DNA of 64,000 nt from Latescibacteria bacterium UBA6620 (GTDB taxonomy: Bacteria > Latescibacterota > UBA2968). Below are positions 1-9,954 of the stretch, in pieces. Numbering within the stretch: position 1 is the stretch's first letter; every line of letters begins with the position of its first letter. Both the position numbers and the translations under genes were made by a program. The DNA lies in NCBI GenBank assembly GCA_002433075.1, contig DJHM01000042.1, positions 2,804-66,803 on the forward strand, read 5' to 3'. Under the pieces are notes generated by a model. The model had not been told where the DNA came from. It did not search any database and saw only the letters and a list, made by a program, of their open reading frames with translations.

Positions 1-5
1 CAGGG

Positions 6-1874
6 ATGATTCTGGGATCGGCTTCGCTCGTGAAGTCCCAGCTTCCGATCGCGATGCTGATGCCTTTCGTCGCGTGGGTCGTCATCAACACAACCATCAA
101 ATTCGTTCGTCCTTCACTCGCCCTCCGTTCGCACGAAATGCTCGTGATCTACAGCTGTTCGTGGATCGTAGGAACCGTGCCCGCGAGCGGCTGGACCACC
201 TATTGGGGTGGGATCGTCAGCGCACCCGTCTACCACGCGTCCCCTGAAAACGCTTGGAAGGAACACCTTTTCGACATCCTGCCGTGGTGGAATCTGCCTC
301 ATCGGTCAGACGCCATCATCAGGACCTACTACGAAGGTATTCCCGCAGGACAGGCGATTCCGTGGAGCGGCTGGTTCGGGTCGTTGTTCTGGTGGACGGC
401 CGTATCCGTCGCGCTGGTCATCGTCGGCCTCTGCATCGCCACCATCTTCCAGAAGCAGTGGGAGCACGCCGAACGTCTGACTTTTCCGCTGGCCGAGTTT
501 CCGCTCGAACTGACACGCGGCTTCGACAGCGACGATCGGATCCCGGCGCTGTTCCGGAATCGGGTCTTTTGGACCGGCTTCTTCAGCGTCTTCGCTGTCT
601 TTGTCTACAACATCACAGGCTATTTCTATCCCGACCTCCCCCGTCTGGCGATCTACGATGACGTCAACACGAAGGTCGTGACGCTTGCGCGAGGGTTCCC
701 ACAGGCCTACCTGCGGATCCTTCCACCCGTCATCGGGTTCACGTTCCTGTGCAACCTGGAGATCCTGCTCAGCCTCTGGGTCTTCCGAGTTTTCGCCATC
801 CTGCAGGAAGGGCTGATGACCCGCGTCGGGTTCGCCGTCGGACTCCAGGGACAACAGGCGGAAGCGGCCGAGATAATGACCCTCGAGTCGCACGGCGCGC
901 TCGTCTTCCTGGCCATCTATGCCGTATGGGTCGCTCGGCATCATCTCGCCGGGGTCTGGAGGTGCGTGAAGGAAGGCCCGCGCTCGCAGAACGACGACGG
1001 ATGGATCCCCTATCGCTACGCCCTCCTCGGTCTGATCGCCGGATGCGTTTTCATCATCGGGTGGTTCCGCGGGCTCGGGCTCTCTCTCGGCCTTTGCGTG
1101 TGCCACCTTGCCCTGATGCTGGTGGGCTACTTCACGGTCAGCAAGTTCATCGCCCTCACCGGTTTCCCCTATCTGTTTCCGGTAGGAAGAAAAGGTGGGG
1201 AGATCCTTCAGATGTTCACCGGTACGGCCAACCTCAGCAATAGTGACTTCATTGGACTCGGTTTCATCAACTCGAACGCGTTCTTCGGGAATATTCGGAT
1301 TCCAGCCTGGCCAGCGCTTCCTCACCACCTTCGAATGTTCGGAAGAGCAACGCACCAGCGACTGCTCGTATTCTGGTCGGCTCCGGCCGCGTTCGCCGTA
1401 GGGATGGTCGCCTCCTGCGTCTTCATCGTCTACCTGGGGTATGCCTACGCCGGCCAGAACCTCGGCCTTACCGGCTTCAGCACGGGACACATCCGGACTT
1501 ACGATGGGATGGTCACCGCGATGATCAATGACGACAAGACCCTGCCCGACCCAGGCAAGGCCACCGTCTGGGCCCTGGGGTTCGGGTTCGCCTATCTTCT
1601 GACGATGTTGGGTAATCGACTCTCTTGGTGGCCGTTGCACCCTCTGGGTTTCGCGTTCCAGACGATGGGCGGGTCCCGGTTCTACGCATTCAGCATCTTC
1701 CTCGTCTGGCTCACCAAGCTGGCCATCCTCCGGATTGGCGGGATCGCTCTCTACAACCGTTCGAAGCCGTATTTCATTGGCCTCGTGGTCGGTTACGTCG
1801 TTTCCGTAGCGACTTCGGCCGCCGTCGACTTCATCTGGTTTCCCGACGATGGGCACGGCGTTCATAACTGGTAG
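6..1874 (+). CDS. Polytopic membrane protein of unknown function. It may be 5'-partial, because the ORF opens at the window edge.
   Basis: Long ORF with many hydrophobic segments and Trp-rich loops. No recognisable catalytic motif. The 536-aa antisense ORF at 306..1916 is judged a high-GC artefact. Confidence 0.45.
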   Translation: MILGSASLVKSQLPIAMLMPFVAWVVINTTIKFVRPSLALRSHEMLVIYSCSWIVGTVPASGWTTYWGGIVSAPVYHASPENAWKEHLFDILPWWNLPHRSDAIIRTYYEGIPAGQAIPWSGWFGSLFWWTAVSVALVIVGLCIATIFQKQWEHAERLTFPLAEFPLELTRGFDSDDRIPALFRNRVFWTGFFSVFAVFVYNITGYFYPDLPRLAIYDDVNTKVVTLARGFPQAYLRILPPVIGFTFLCNLEILLSLWVFRVFAILQEGLMTRVGFAVGLQGQQAEAAEIMTLESHGALVFLAIYAVWVARHHLAGVWRCVKEGPRSQNDDGWIPYRYALLGLIAGCVFIIGWFRGLGLSLGLCVCHLALMLVGYFTVSKFIALTGFPYLFPVGRKGGEILQMFTGTANLSNSDFIGLGFINSNAFFGNIRIPAWPALPHHLRMFGRATHQRLLVFWSAPAAFAVGMVASCVFIVYLGYAYAGQNLGLTGFSTGHIRTYDGMVTAMINDDKTLPDPGKATVWALGFGFAYLLTMLGNRLSWWPLHPLGFAFQTMGGSRFYAFSIFLVWLTKLAILRIGGIALYNRSKPYFIGLVVGYVVSVATSAAVDFIWFPDDGHGVHNW

Positions 1875-1898
1875 GCAAGTCGAGAAGGAGAAAAGCAA

Positions 1899-1929
1899 AA
1901 GGAGGGCGATTTTCATTTCGCCCTCCTTC
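1899..1929. terminator. Bidirectional hairpin terminator between two convergent genes.
   Basis: Perfect 9-bp stem aggagggcg/cgccctcct with a loop attttcattt. It is flanked by T- or pyrimidine-rich tracts on both strands. Confidence 0.45.
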
Positions 1930-1960
1930 TCTACTTCTATCCTTCTCTACTTTTCCCTCT

Positions 1961-3466
1961 TCACATCAAGGCAAGGATATCATCATACACGGCCCTTGCT
2001 CCGAACAACGTGAACACCAGCCCGCAGATCACATTCATCCACACCAGAAACGGTCCCATCCTGAACGGCTTGGGCAACCACTTCCGATCGATCCACACCA
2101 TCGCGAAACACCAGGGGCCAGCTAGAAACACGCCGGTGACGTGCAGGGGAATCGTCATCATCGAAATCGGGTTCCATCCAATCCCTGCGGGATCGTTCAG
2201 CGCCGTCCACCAGGCCACGCAGACCAAAGCACCTCCTGCGATGGCCGTGTAGGTCAGCGTCCACACCCTTGTTCTCTCCAGGCTAAGCTCAGACCACTCG
2301 GGACGAGCGGATCGAACACACTCGTGAGCGGTCCGCACGTAGAGTTCGAACGCGCCGTAGACCGTACCGAAAATCGCGAAGAACACACCCGCCTTGTAGA
2401 GCCCCCCGAGAAACCGCTGCACCCAGGAGCTCTCGTGCAGACCCGTCAGGAAGACCACCTGGTGATTGTAGAGGTCCATCCCGGAAGGCACGATCTCGTT
2501 GGGGTGAAGCAGGGTCGCCCCCAGGATCAGGAACGCGGCCGTAAACAGAAGCACGCTGATGAATGAAACCACCGAATCGATCAACGGGGCCTTCAGCCAC
2601 GCCAGTCCGAGCGCCACGTTTTCATCGTCTGTCGCAAGCGGTACCGGTGCATCGGTGTCGACGTCTTTTCGCCGCCCGATCATCCCCCAACCCTTCTCCC
2701 GTAACATTCCCACGTAGCCCACGTAGTCCTGGACGCCTCCGCCCATCACTCCCATATAGGCCACCATTTCGACAATCAACGTCCGATCCGCGAACAACGG
2801 GTTTCGGGCTACCCAATCGGGGTAGGCTGGCAGGGAGGGCACGACAGCACCCATCAGGGCCGCAGACCAGTCCGGGGATGCCGCGACTGTGGCCACCAGC
2901 ATCACGACAAGCATCGAGCTGACCAGGATCGTCTGCGCCTTTTCCAGGAGCCCATAGCTCTGCAACAGCGTCAGCGCGATCAGCAGAACGATGAACAGCA
3001 ACGCAATCACGTGCGGGTAGGCCGCCGGGTTCTCGAACAGTACCCATGAGGTGATCGTGCCCAGCATAATCGGCAGACTCGACAGGTAAAACGGGAACGA
3101 GACGACCATCACCAGCCCGACAAACCACGGGAAGAGCCCACGCGGTCCAGGCAGCACGGCCCACCGGTCCATCGGATGTTCCCCGGTCAGGGTCATATAC
3201 CTGGCGGCTGAGTAGACCTGCACGATTTTGGTAATCGTGAACAGGCTAAACGCCCAGAACATCCCGTACCCGAAAATGGCGCCGCTGCGCGACGCCCACA
3301 CCGTCTCCCCACTTCCGATCGTCACCGAGGCAATGATTGCCCCGGGACCAAAGAAGGCAAGGAAATCCCGGACCTTCTTCGAAGTCAGCTGCGGAGCGAG
3401 TGCCGGGAAGGTGAGGGATGAATTGTCTGCCAAATCTGCCTCCTTCGACGCAATCAGAGCGGGCAA
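1961..3466 (-). CDS. Nramp/APC-superfamily-like membrane transporter (putative divalent-metal transporter).
   Basis: About 500 aa with 11-12 predicted transmembrane helices. The N-terminal FGPGAIIASVTIGSGE motif resembles the Nramp TM1 GPG region, but the canonical DPGN and MPH motifs are not evident. It ends the suc operon on the minus strand. Confidence 0.35.
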   Translation of the reverse strand: MPALIASKEADLADNSSLTFPALAPQLTSKKVRDFLAFFGPGAIIASVTIGSGETVWASRSGAIFGYGMFWAFSLFTITKIVQVYSAARYMTLTGEHPMDRWAVLPGPRGLFPWFVGLVMVVSFPFYLSSLPIMLGTITSWVLFENPAAYPHVIALLFIVLLIALTLLQSYGLLEKAQTILVSSMLVVMLVATVAASPDWSAALMGAVVPSLPAYPDWVARNPLFADRTLIVEMVAYMGVMGGGVQDYVGYVGMLREKGWGMIGRRKDVDTDAPVPLATDDENVALGLAWLKAPLIDSVVSFISVLLFTAAFLILGATLLHPNEIVPSGMDLYNHQVVFLTGLHESSWVQRFLGGLYKAGVFFAIFGTVYGAFELYVRTAHECVRSARPEWSELSLERTRVWTLTYTAIAGGALVCVAWWTALNDPAGIGWNPISMMTIPLHVTGVFLAGPWCFAMVWIDRKWLPKPFRMGPFLVWMNVICGLVFTLFGARAVYDDILALM

Positions 3467-3499
3467 ACCGAACGGGCGAGCCCAACGAACTCAAACGGA

Positions 3500-4921
3500 C
3501 TATATATGGATCGCTGCTTTGTCTACGGCCAGGGCCGCTTCCTTCATCGCCTCGGGGAGAGTCGGGTGTGCGTGCATCGTCCGTGCGATGTCTTCCGCGC
3601 TGCTCGAGAATTCCATCGCAAGAACGGCTTCTGACAGCATCTCCGACGCGCGCGCCCCAAGGATGTGCACACCTAGGACCCGATCGGTCCGGGCATCGGC
3701 GATCATCTTGACCATCCCCTCGGTGTCTTCGAGACTGTGGGCCCGGCCGTTCGCCATAAACGGAAACTTGCCAACCTTCACGTCGCCGACTTTCTCGCGA
3801 GCGAGCTCCTCCGTCAAGCCCACCGAGGCCAGCTCCGGATGTGTGTAGACAACCCCGGGCACGGTATCGTAGTTCACGTGGCCGGCCTTGCCCGCGATCA
3901 GCTCCACCGCCGCGATCCCCTCCTCCTCAGCCTTGTGCGCCAGCATCGGCCCGGTGATGACATCTCCGATGGCGTAGACGCCTTCGACCGAAGTCCGGTA
4001 CGCGTAGTCCACGACGATGCGCCCACGGTCATCGAACTCCACACCGGCTTCCGCGGCACCCAGCCCCTCGGCGTTCGCTCGTCGGCCGACGGCCACGAGC
4101 AATCGGTCGCATACCTCCGAGTGACGTTCTCCGCCTTTCTCAGACAGCGTCACATGTACCCGTCCATCTTTCACTTCGCCGGTGTCGGCCTTGCTTTCCA
4201 AACAGAATGAAATGCCCTGCTGCTCCAACGCCTTCTGCAGCTGAACGGCCATTTCTATATCCATCCCCGGTACGATCTGCGGCATCAGTTCCAGCACGGA
4301 TACCTCGGACCCCAATCGGTTCCAGACCGACCCTAATTCCAGACCAATCGCCCCGCCCCCGATCACGATCAGCTTCTCAGGCACCTCTTCGAACCCAAGC
4401 GCTTCGGTCGAAGACACGATGTGCTGCCCGTCGAAAGGCAGGTTCGGAAGCTCCACTGCGACAGACCCCGTCGCGAGGATGATGTGTTTTGCAGAGTACT
4501 GCCCCTCCCCCTTCCCGTTACTCACTTCGACGACACCGCCACCGGCAAGCCGTCCCAGCCCTTGCAGGTGTGTCACCTTGTTTTTCCGAAACAGCCCACG
4601 GATGCCACCGGTCATTCTCTTCACGATGCCGGACTTGCGTTTCATCATCGTCGCCAGATCCAGAGACACGTCTTTTGCCACAACGCCGTGACGATCCAGT
4701 GTCGATGCGGCCTGATGGTAGAGTTGACTCGATTCGAGCAACACTTTGCTCGGGATGCATCCGATGTTCAGACACGTCCCCCCCAACTGGGACATCTCAA
4801 CGCAGGCCGTGTTCATCGCGAGCTGAGCCGCCCGGATCGCGGCCACGTACCCGCCCGGGCCGGCGCCGATCACGATCACATCGTAGGTCTCGTCAGCCAA
4901 TGAAGTCCTCGGTGCGGCCAT
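3500..4921 (-). CDS. lpdA: Dihydrolipoyl dehydrogenase (E3 component).
   Basis: FAD-binding GAGPGGY motif and redox-active disulfide GGTCLNIGCIPSK, plus a C-terminal dimerisation domain. It lies downstream of sucAB. Confidence 0.92.
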   Translation of the reverse strand: MAAPRTSLADETYDVIVIGAGPGGYVAAIRAAQLAMNTACVEMSQLGGTCLNIGCIPSKVLLESSQLYHQAASTLDRHGVVAKDVSLDLATMMKRKSGIVKRMTGGIRGLFRKNKVTHLQGLGRLAGGGVVEVSNGKGEGQYSAKHIILATGSVAVELPNLPFDGQHIVSSTEALGFEEVPEKLIVIGGGAIGLELGSVWNRLGSEVSVLELMPQIVPGMDIEMAVQLQKALEQQGISFCLESKADTGEVKDGRVHVTLSEKGGERHSEVCDRLLVAVGRRANAEGLGAAEAGVEFDDRGRIVVDYAYRTSVEGVYAIGDVITGPMLAHKAEEEGIAAVELIAGKAGHVNYDTVPGVVYTHPELASVGLTEELAREKVGDVKVGKFPFMANGRAHSLEDTEGMVKMIADARTDRVLGVHILGARASEMLSEAVLAMEFSSSAEDIARTMHAHPTLPEAMKEAALAVDKAAIHI

Positions 4922-4965
4922 CAGCCGCAGGTGTTCGGTGTCCAGTAATCAGGAGAGTTTTTCGA

Positions 4966-6174
4966 TCAAACTTCCAGCATCATTCGAGCAGGATCTTCGA
5001 GCAGTTCTTTGACCCGCACGAGCCAGGTCACTGAATCCCGACCGTCGACCAGCCGGTGATCGTAGGTCAGTGCCAGATACATCACTGGGCGCACTTCTAC
5101 CTGGTCCCCGACGGCGACCGGGCGGTTCTGGATCGAGTGCATACCCAGAATGCCCGTCTGGGGTGGGTTCAGGATCGGGGTCGAAAGCATCGAACCGAAG
5201 ACCCCCCCATTCGTAATCGTGAAGGTGCCCCCGCTCAGGTCAGGAATACTCAGCTTCCCTTCTCGACCGGCCAGGGCCACTCGCTTGATCTCCGACTCGA
5301 TCGTCGCGAACGACATCTGGTCCGCATTCTTCAGAACCGGAACCACGAGACCCTTCGGTGTGCTGACCGCGATCCCCATATTGACGTAATCGTGATAGAC
5401 GATGTCGACATCTTCGATGCTTGCGTTGACGTTCTCGAATTCCTGTAGCGCCAGTACGCTCGCACGGACGAAGAACGACATCAGACCCAGGGAGATCCCG
5501 TGTTTCTCCGCAAAGGCCCCCTTGTAGTTCCCTCGCAGCTCGAAGATGGCCGACATATCAACTTCGTTGAACGTCGTCAACATCGCGGCCGTGTGCTGTG
5601 CGGTCACCAGATTCGTCGCCAGCCGCTTCCGCAACCGGCTCATCGGCTCTCTTCGCTCTCCTCCGACCGCAGGAACTGCAGATGCAGGCGGAGCAACTGG
5701 AGCCTCTTCCGCTTTCGCGCCTCCGTCTGCCGACGACAGGTGGTTCTCAACATCTTCCTTCGTCAGGCGACCGTCTTTACCCGAACCCTGAATCTCTTCA
5801 GGATTCAGTCCGTGTTCGGTCACGAGCCTGCGCACGGCCGGACTCAGCCCATCCTCCTGCGGCGGCGATGCGGTCGCCCCGGCATCCGGTTCGGCCGCCG
5901 CCTCAGCTGACGGCTCCTCAGCCGCAGGGCTACCGGCCCCTGACTCGTCGATCGTGGCCACCGTGTCTCCGACCTGCACGGTATCGCCTTCCGCCTTGAC
6001 GCGAGTCACTACACCCGCGGCCGTTGCCGGTAGTTCTGCGTCCGCCTTGTCCGTTTCAATCACACAGACCGACTCGTCCACTTCCACACGATCCCCGTCC
6101 TGCTTGAGCCATTCGACCAGGATGGCTTCTGTCACAGATTCGCCCAGCTCTGGAATCTCCACGTTCACAGCCAT
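4966..6174 (-). CDS. sucB: 2-oxoglutarate dehydrogenase E2 (dihydrolipoamide succinyltransferase).
   Basis: N-terminal lipoyl domain (ETDKA), an Ala/Pro/Glu-rich linker, and a C-terminal catalytic domain ending in DHRLVDG. It is adjacent to sucA. Confidence 0.9.
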   Translation of the reverse strand: MAVNVEIPELGESVTEAILVEWLKQDGDRVEVDESVCVIETDKADAELPATAAGVVTRVKAEGDTVQVGDTVATIDESGAGSPAAEEPSAEAAAEPDAGATASPPQEDGLSPAVRRLVTEHGLNPEEIQGSGKDGRLTKEDVENHLSSADGGAKAEEAPVAPPASAVPAVGGERREPMSRLRKRLATNLVTAQHTAAMLTTFNEVDMSAIFELRGNYKGAFAEKHGISLGLMSFFVRASVLALQEFENVNASIEDVDIVYHDYVNMGIAVSTPKGLVVPVLKNADQMSFATIESEIKRVALAGREGKLSIPDLSGGTFTITNGGVFGSMLSTPILNPPQTGILGMHSIQNRPVAVGDQVEVRPVMYLALTYDHRLVDGRDSVTWLVRVKELLEDPARMMLEV

Positions 6175-6177
6175 CGC

Positions 6178-8949
6178 TTACGCTTCCTTTCCCGTTCTGT
6201 TGAGCGCATCGTCCACGAGGTCGGCCTGTTCTTTGAGGTGCCGCCCCATCAACCCGGTCGCCGGACTCGCCGACGGCTTCCGGCCGGCATAGCCGACGGG
6301 AAGTCGGTTCTCCAGCGCTTTCCGCAGTTTGGGTTCGGCGAAATCCCAGCTGCCCATATTCTGAGGTTCTTCCTGGGCCCAAACCACTTCCTCCGTCTTG
6401 CTGTAGCGCGCCAGGATTTCGGCCACCTCTTTCCACGGGAAGGGGTGCAGCTGCTCCACGCGGATGACGGCCACGTCCTTCACGTTCCTCTCGTTTTGCG
6501 CGGCGAGAAGGTCAAAGTAGACTTTCCCCGTGCAGAAGACCAGTCGCCGGATGTTCCCCGGTCGCTTGACCAGCGGGTCGTCGAGGATCGGATAGAATAC
6601 GTGATCGGTCAGGTCTTCGAGGGAGGAGGTCGAATCCTTGTGCCGCAAGAGGCTCTTCGGCATAAACAGAATGAGTGGCTTTCTGAAGTCGCGTCTGATC
6701 TGGCGTCGGAGAAGATGGAAATACTGACCCGGCAGCGTGGGGATAGCAACCTGCATATTGTCCTGGGAGCAGAGCGCCAGATATCTCTCGATACGCGCGC
6801 TCGAATGTTCGGGCCCCTGCCCCTCGAACCCATGAGGCAGGAGCATCACGAGTCCGCTCATCCGCTGCCATTTCTGCTCCGCGCAAGAAATAAACTGGTC
6901 GATCATCGGTTGGGCCATATTCGAGAAATCGCCGAACTGGGCCTCCCAGATCGACAGCCGACGCGGGTCAGCCAGACTGATCCCGTACTCGAAACCCACG
7001 ACCGCAAGCTCGCTCAACATCGAGTTCAACAGCGTAAACTCACCCTGATCTTCCGACAGGTGGGCGAGCGGCCAGTATTGCCGGCCGTTCTCGTGATCAT
7101 GCCAGACGCCGTGTCGGTGGCTAAAGGTGCCCCGTTGGCAGTCCTGCCCGGACAACCGCACCATCGTGCCCTCCAGTAACAGACTCCCGAAGGCCAGCAT
7201 TTCGGCGCAGCCCCAGTCCATCGGGGTGTCCCCAAAAACCATATCCCTCCGGGTCTTCACGAGCCGATCGAGCTTTCGGTAGATGTTGAACCCATCGGGC
7301 GTCGTCGTCGCCCGATCGGCGATCGTCTTCAACATCTCCGCTTCGACTCGCGTATCCGCCGTCCAGTCGTCCCCGGCTCGGCTCAACCCCTTCCAAGCGC
7401 CTCCGAACGAACTCATGCTTTCAGCCGGAACCTTTTCGTGCGCACGATCCAGCGCCTGGTCCAACTTCTGGCGCAATGCCTCGCGGATTTCCGTGACCCT
7501 TTCCTTCGTCAGCACGTTGTGTTCGACCAGGTCGGCTTCGTAGATCTTGTCGATCGTCGGGTGCTTGGCAATCGCCTTGTATCGCGTCGGCTGCGTGAAA
7601 ACTGGATCATCTCCCTCGTTGTGACCGTGACGGCGGTAACACCAGAGGTCGATGATCACGTCCGCCTTGAACGCCTGCCGATACCGCATCGCCATCATCG
7701 CCGTGTGAACCACGGCTTCGGGGTCATCGCCGTTCACGTGGAAAACCGGGGCCTGTACGATCTTGGCCACATCCGACGGGTAAGAGGTAAACCGGCTCTG
7801 TCGGGGTGTCGCCGTAAACCCGATCTGGTTGTTCACGATAATGTGAATGGTACCGCCGTTGTCGTAGCCGTTCAGCTGGGCCAGGCAGAGCGTCTCCGAA
7901 ATGATCCCCTGCCCCGTGAACGACGCATCTCCGTGAACCAGAACGGGAACAATCTGGCCCTTCTGGACGTCGCCTCGAATCTCCTGCTTGGCGAACACGA
8001 GCCCCTCGACGACCGGGTCGATCAATTCGAGGTGGGACGGATTCGGGCTCAGGGACATGTGTACGGTCTGACCGCTCTGCGTGACATAGTCATTCGAGTA
8101 GCCCATATGGTATTTCACGTCGCCCGAGCCATCGACGCCCTGATCCGGCACGGTCCCTTCAAACTCGCTGAAAAGCTGCTCGTAGGGCTTTTCCAGAACG
8201 TGGGCGAGCACGTTCAGTCGACCGCGGTGGGCCATACCGAGGACCATCTCATCGACTTCAAGTGCGGCCCCCGTTTCCGCAAGGGTCGTGAGGAGAGGCA
8301 CGAGCGTTTCTCCCCCTTCGAGGCTGAACCTCTTGTGGCCGATGAACTTCGTATGGAGGTAGTTTTCAAAGCCCTGGGCGGCAACCACCTGGCGGAAGAT
8401 CTGTTCTCGATCCTCGTTCGTAAACTTGGGTCGGTTGGAAGTCGGCTCCATCTGGCGCTGAAGCCACTCCTGCTGGCTCTTGTAGGGAATCTCCAGGTAC
8501 TCCACCCCGATCGACCGGCAATACGTCGCCTGGAGCTTATCGATCAGATCCCGTAACGTACCATCGGTGTTCCCCCCGAACCCGCAGGAACCGACCTGCG
8601 TGTCCAGGTCGGCTTCGGTGAGCCCGTACTCGCCGATGTCGAGCAGGGGGTGGGGCGGCCGGTCGTAAGAGACCGGGGCGAGGTGGGCAACGAGGTGCCC
8701 CATTCTCCGGTAGGCCGTGACGAGCGAGTCCGCACCCCGCAGGATGCGTCTGGCTGGACCCGCTTCATCTCCCTCTCCGTCCACGGAGAGGCCTGTAGAC
8801 CCATCGGCCCCATCGGCGAGTTCGAACCCCGCGAAAAAGGCTCGCCAATCCGTGCTGACGACCTCTGGATTCTGACGATACTTCGCCCACATCTCCTCGA
8901 CGTAAGCGACATTCTCGATGTGAGCGAAGTCAAATTCGGACATACGCAT
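6178..8949 (-). CDS. sucA: 2-oxoglutarate dehydrogenase E1 component.
   Basis: 923-aa ThDP-dependent E1 with an N-terminus typical of SucA (MSEFDFAHIENVAYVEEMWAKYRQNP). Confidence 0.93.
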   Translation of the reverse strand: MRMSEFDFAHIENVAYVEEMWAKYRQNPEVVSTDWRAFFAGFELADGADGSTGLSVDGEGDEAGPARRILRGADSLVTAYRRMGHLVAHLAPVSYDRPPHPLLDIGEYGLTEADLDTQVGSCGFGGNTDGTLRDLIDKLQATYCRSIGVEYLEIPYKSQQEWLQRQMEPTSNRPKFTNEDREQIFRQVVAAQGFENYLHTKFIGHKRFSLEGGETLVPLLTTLAETGAALEVDEMVLGMAHRGRLNVLAHVLEKPYEQLFSEFEGTVPDQGVDGSGDVKYHMGYSNDYVTQSGQTVHMSLSPNPSHLELIDPVVEGLVFAKQEIRGDVQKGQIVPVLVHGDASFTGQGIISETLCLAQLNGYDNGGTIHIIVNNQIGFTATPRQSRFTSYPSDVAKIVQAPVFHVNGDDPEAVVHTAMMAMRYRQAFKADVIIDLWCYRRHGHNEGDDPVFTQPTRYKAIAKHPTIDKIYEADLVEHNVLTKERVTEIREALRQKLDQALDRAHEKVPAESMSSFGGAWKGLSRAGDDWTADTRVEAEMLKTIADRATTTPDGFNIYRKLDRLVKTRRDMVFGDTPMDWGCAEMLAFGSLLLEGTMVRLSGQDCQRGTFSHRHGVWHDHENGRQYWPLAHLSEDQGEFTLLNSMLSELAVVGFEYGISLADPRRLSIWEAQFGDFSNMAQPMIDQFISCAEQKWQRMSGLVMLLPHGFEGQGPEHSSARIERYLALCSQDNMQVAIPTLPGQYFHLLRRQIRRDFRKPLILFMPKSLLRHKDSTSSLEDLTDHVFYPILDDPLVKRPGNIRRLVFCTGKVYFDLLAAQNERNVKDVAVIRVEQLHPFPWKEVAEILARYSKTEEVVWAQEEPQNMGSWDFAEPKLRKALENRLPVGYAGRKPSASPATGLMGRHLKEQADLVDDALNRTGKEA

Positions 8950-9170
8950 ATCTCCGGATCGAGATTCGACTGAAAGGCCGGCTAAGGTAGCAAGACGCTG
9001 ACGCTAATGTCAAGGTAAACAACAAAATATGACTGATTCAGAGCTCCGGGAAGGGCACCGATCTGCCGGTGGCGCGTAAGATCTTTTTCATTGACACCCT
9101 CTAATCTATAAGTTATCTTTTAAGTTCTAAGCAGGACAGGACCTTACACTCGTCTCGACACCTGAAAATC

Positions 9171-9338
9171 ATGAACGGTTATGCCAAAACAGCCGATTTG
9201 ACGGCCTCCCCGGCCCGACTTTCTTCGTCCCCACCTGCCGGTCGCTCGATCCTGCCCCGGGCGACCGCTGGCCGTTCGCTTATTCTACTCGTAGTCATCA
9301 TTGTTAAGAGCCTTCCTGCAGCTCTTCTTGCAGCTTAG
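9171..9338 (+). CDS. Candidate 55-aa leader peptide for the branched-chain amino-acid operon.
   Basis: The ATG at 9171 opens MNGYAKTADLTASPARLSSSPPAGRSILPRATAGRSLILLVVIIVKSLPAALLAA. Nine consecutive Leu/Ile/Val codons occur about 40 nt before the stop. No obvious Shine-Dalgarno sequence. Confidence 0.4.
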   Translation: MNGYAKTADLTASPARLSSSPPAGRSILPRATAGRSLILLVVIIVKSLPAALLAA

Positions 9339-9340
9339 CG

Positions 9341-9410
9341 GCTCAATTCCACTCACACCCACATTCGAGATTGTGAATTGAGCCTCTGAAGCGATTCAAA
9401 GGCTTTTTTT
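9341..9410 (+). promoter_or_regulatory. Putative transcription attenuator. It has an upstream hairpin that overlaps an intrinsic terminator.
   Basis: Perfect 9-bp inverted repeat gctcaattc(9341-9349)/gaattgagc(9375-9383). Its 3' arm overlaps a second hairpin gcctctgaagcgattcaaaggc, which is followed by T8 (9403-9410). This lies about 22 nt before the ilvH start. Confidence 0.45.
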
Positions 9411-9432
9411 TGTGCCCAACAGGACCTGAACG

Positions 9433-9930
9433 ATGCCGAAAAAACATACAATATGCGCACTTGTCGAGAATCACTTCGGTGTCCTCGGCCGGGTCGCCGG
9501 ACTCTTCTCCAGTCGTGGATACAATATCGACAGCCTCTCCGTCGGTGAGACCGAAGATCCCAAAATTTCCCGGATGACGATCGTGGTACGTGGAAACGAT
9601 CGCGTACTCGAGCAGGTCGTAAAGCAGTTGAACCGGCTAATCGACGTCATCCGTGTCATCGATATCACGCAGGGCGCCTTCATCGAACGTGAGTTGGCCC
9701 TCGTGAAGGTCAAGGCAACCCCGGCCACCCGATCCGAGATCATTCAGATCGCTGAGGTCTTTCGGGCCAACATCGTCGATGTCAGCACCTCTTCCATGAC
9801 GATCGAAGCCACCGGCAAAGAAGACAAAATCAACGCGATGACCACGATGCTCGCTCAATACGGCATCAACGAAATGGCCAGAACAGGCAACGTAGCCCTG
9901 CTGCGAGATTCGCAACCTGGACAGGCCTGA
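9433..9930 (+). CDS. ilvH: Acetolactate synthase small (regulatory) subunit.
   Basis: ACT-domain N-terminus MPKKHTICALVENHFGVLGRVAGLFSSRGYNIDSLSV. About 165 aa. No large subunit lies upstream. Confidence 0.9.
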   Translation: MPKKHTICALVENHFGVLGRVAGLFSSRGYNIDSLSVGETEDPKISRMTIVVRGNDRVLEQVVKQLNRLIDVIRVIDITQGAFIERELALVKVKATPATRSEIIQIAEVFRANIVDVSTSSMTIEATGKEDKINAMTTMLAQYGINEMARTGNVALLRDSQPGQA

Positions 9931-9954
9931 GGCCATTACAGGGAGGAACGCAGG

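Noticed and set aside
306-1916. 536-aa ORF on the minus strand, antisense to the membrane-protein gene
   Set aside because: The translation is low-complexity and rich in Arg, Glu, Pro and Asp, which is typical of antisense frames in high-GC DNA. It is fully nested in a better sense ORF with clear transmembrane helices.
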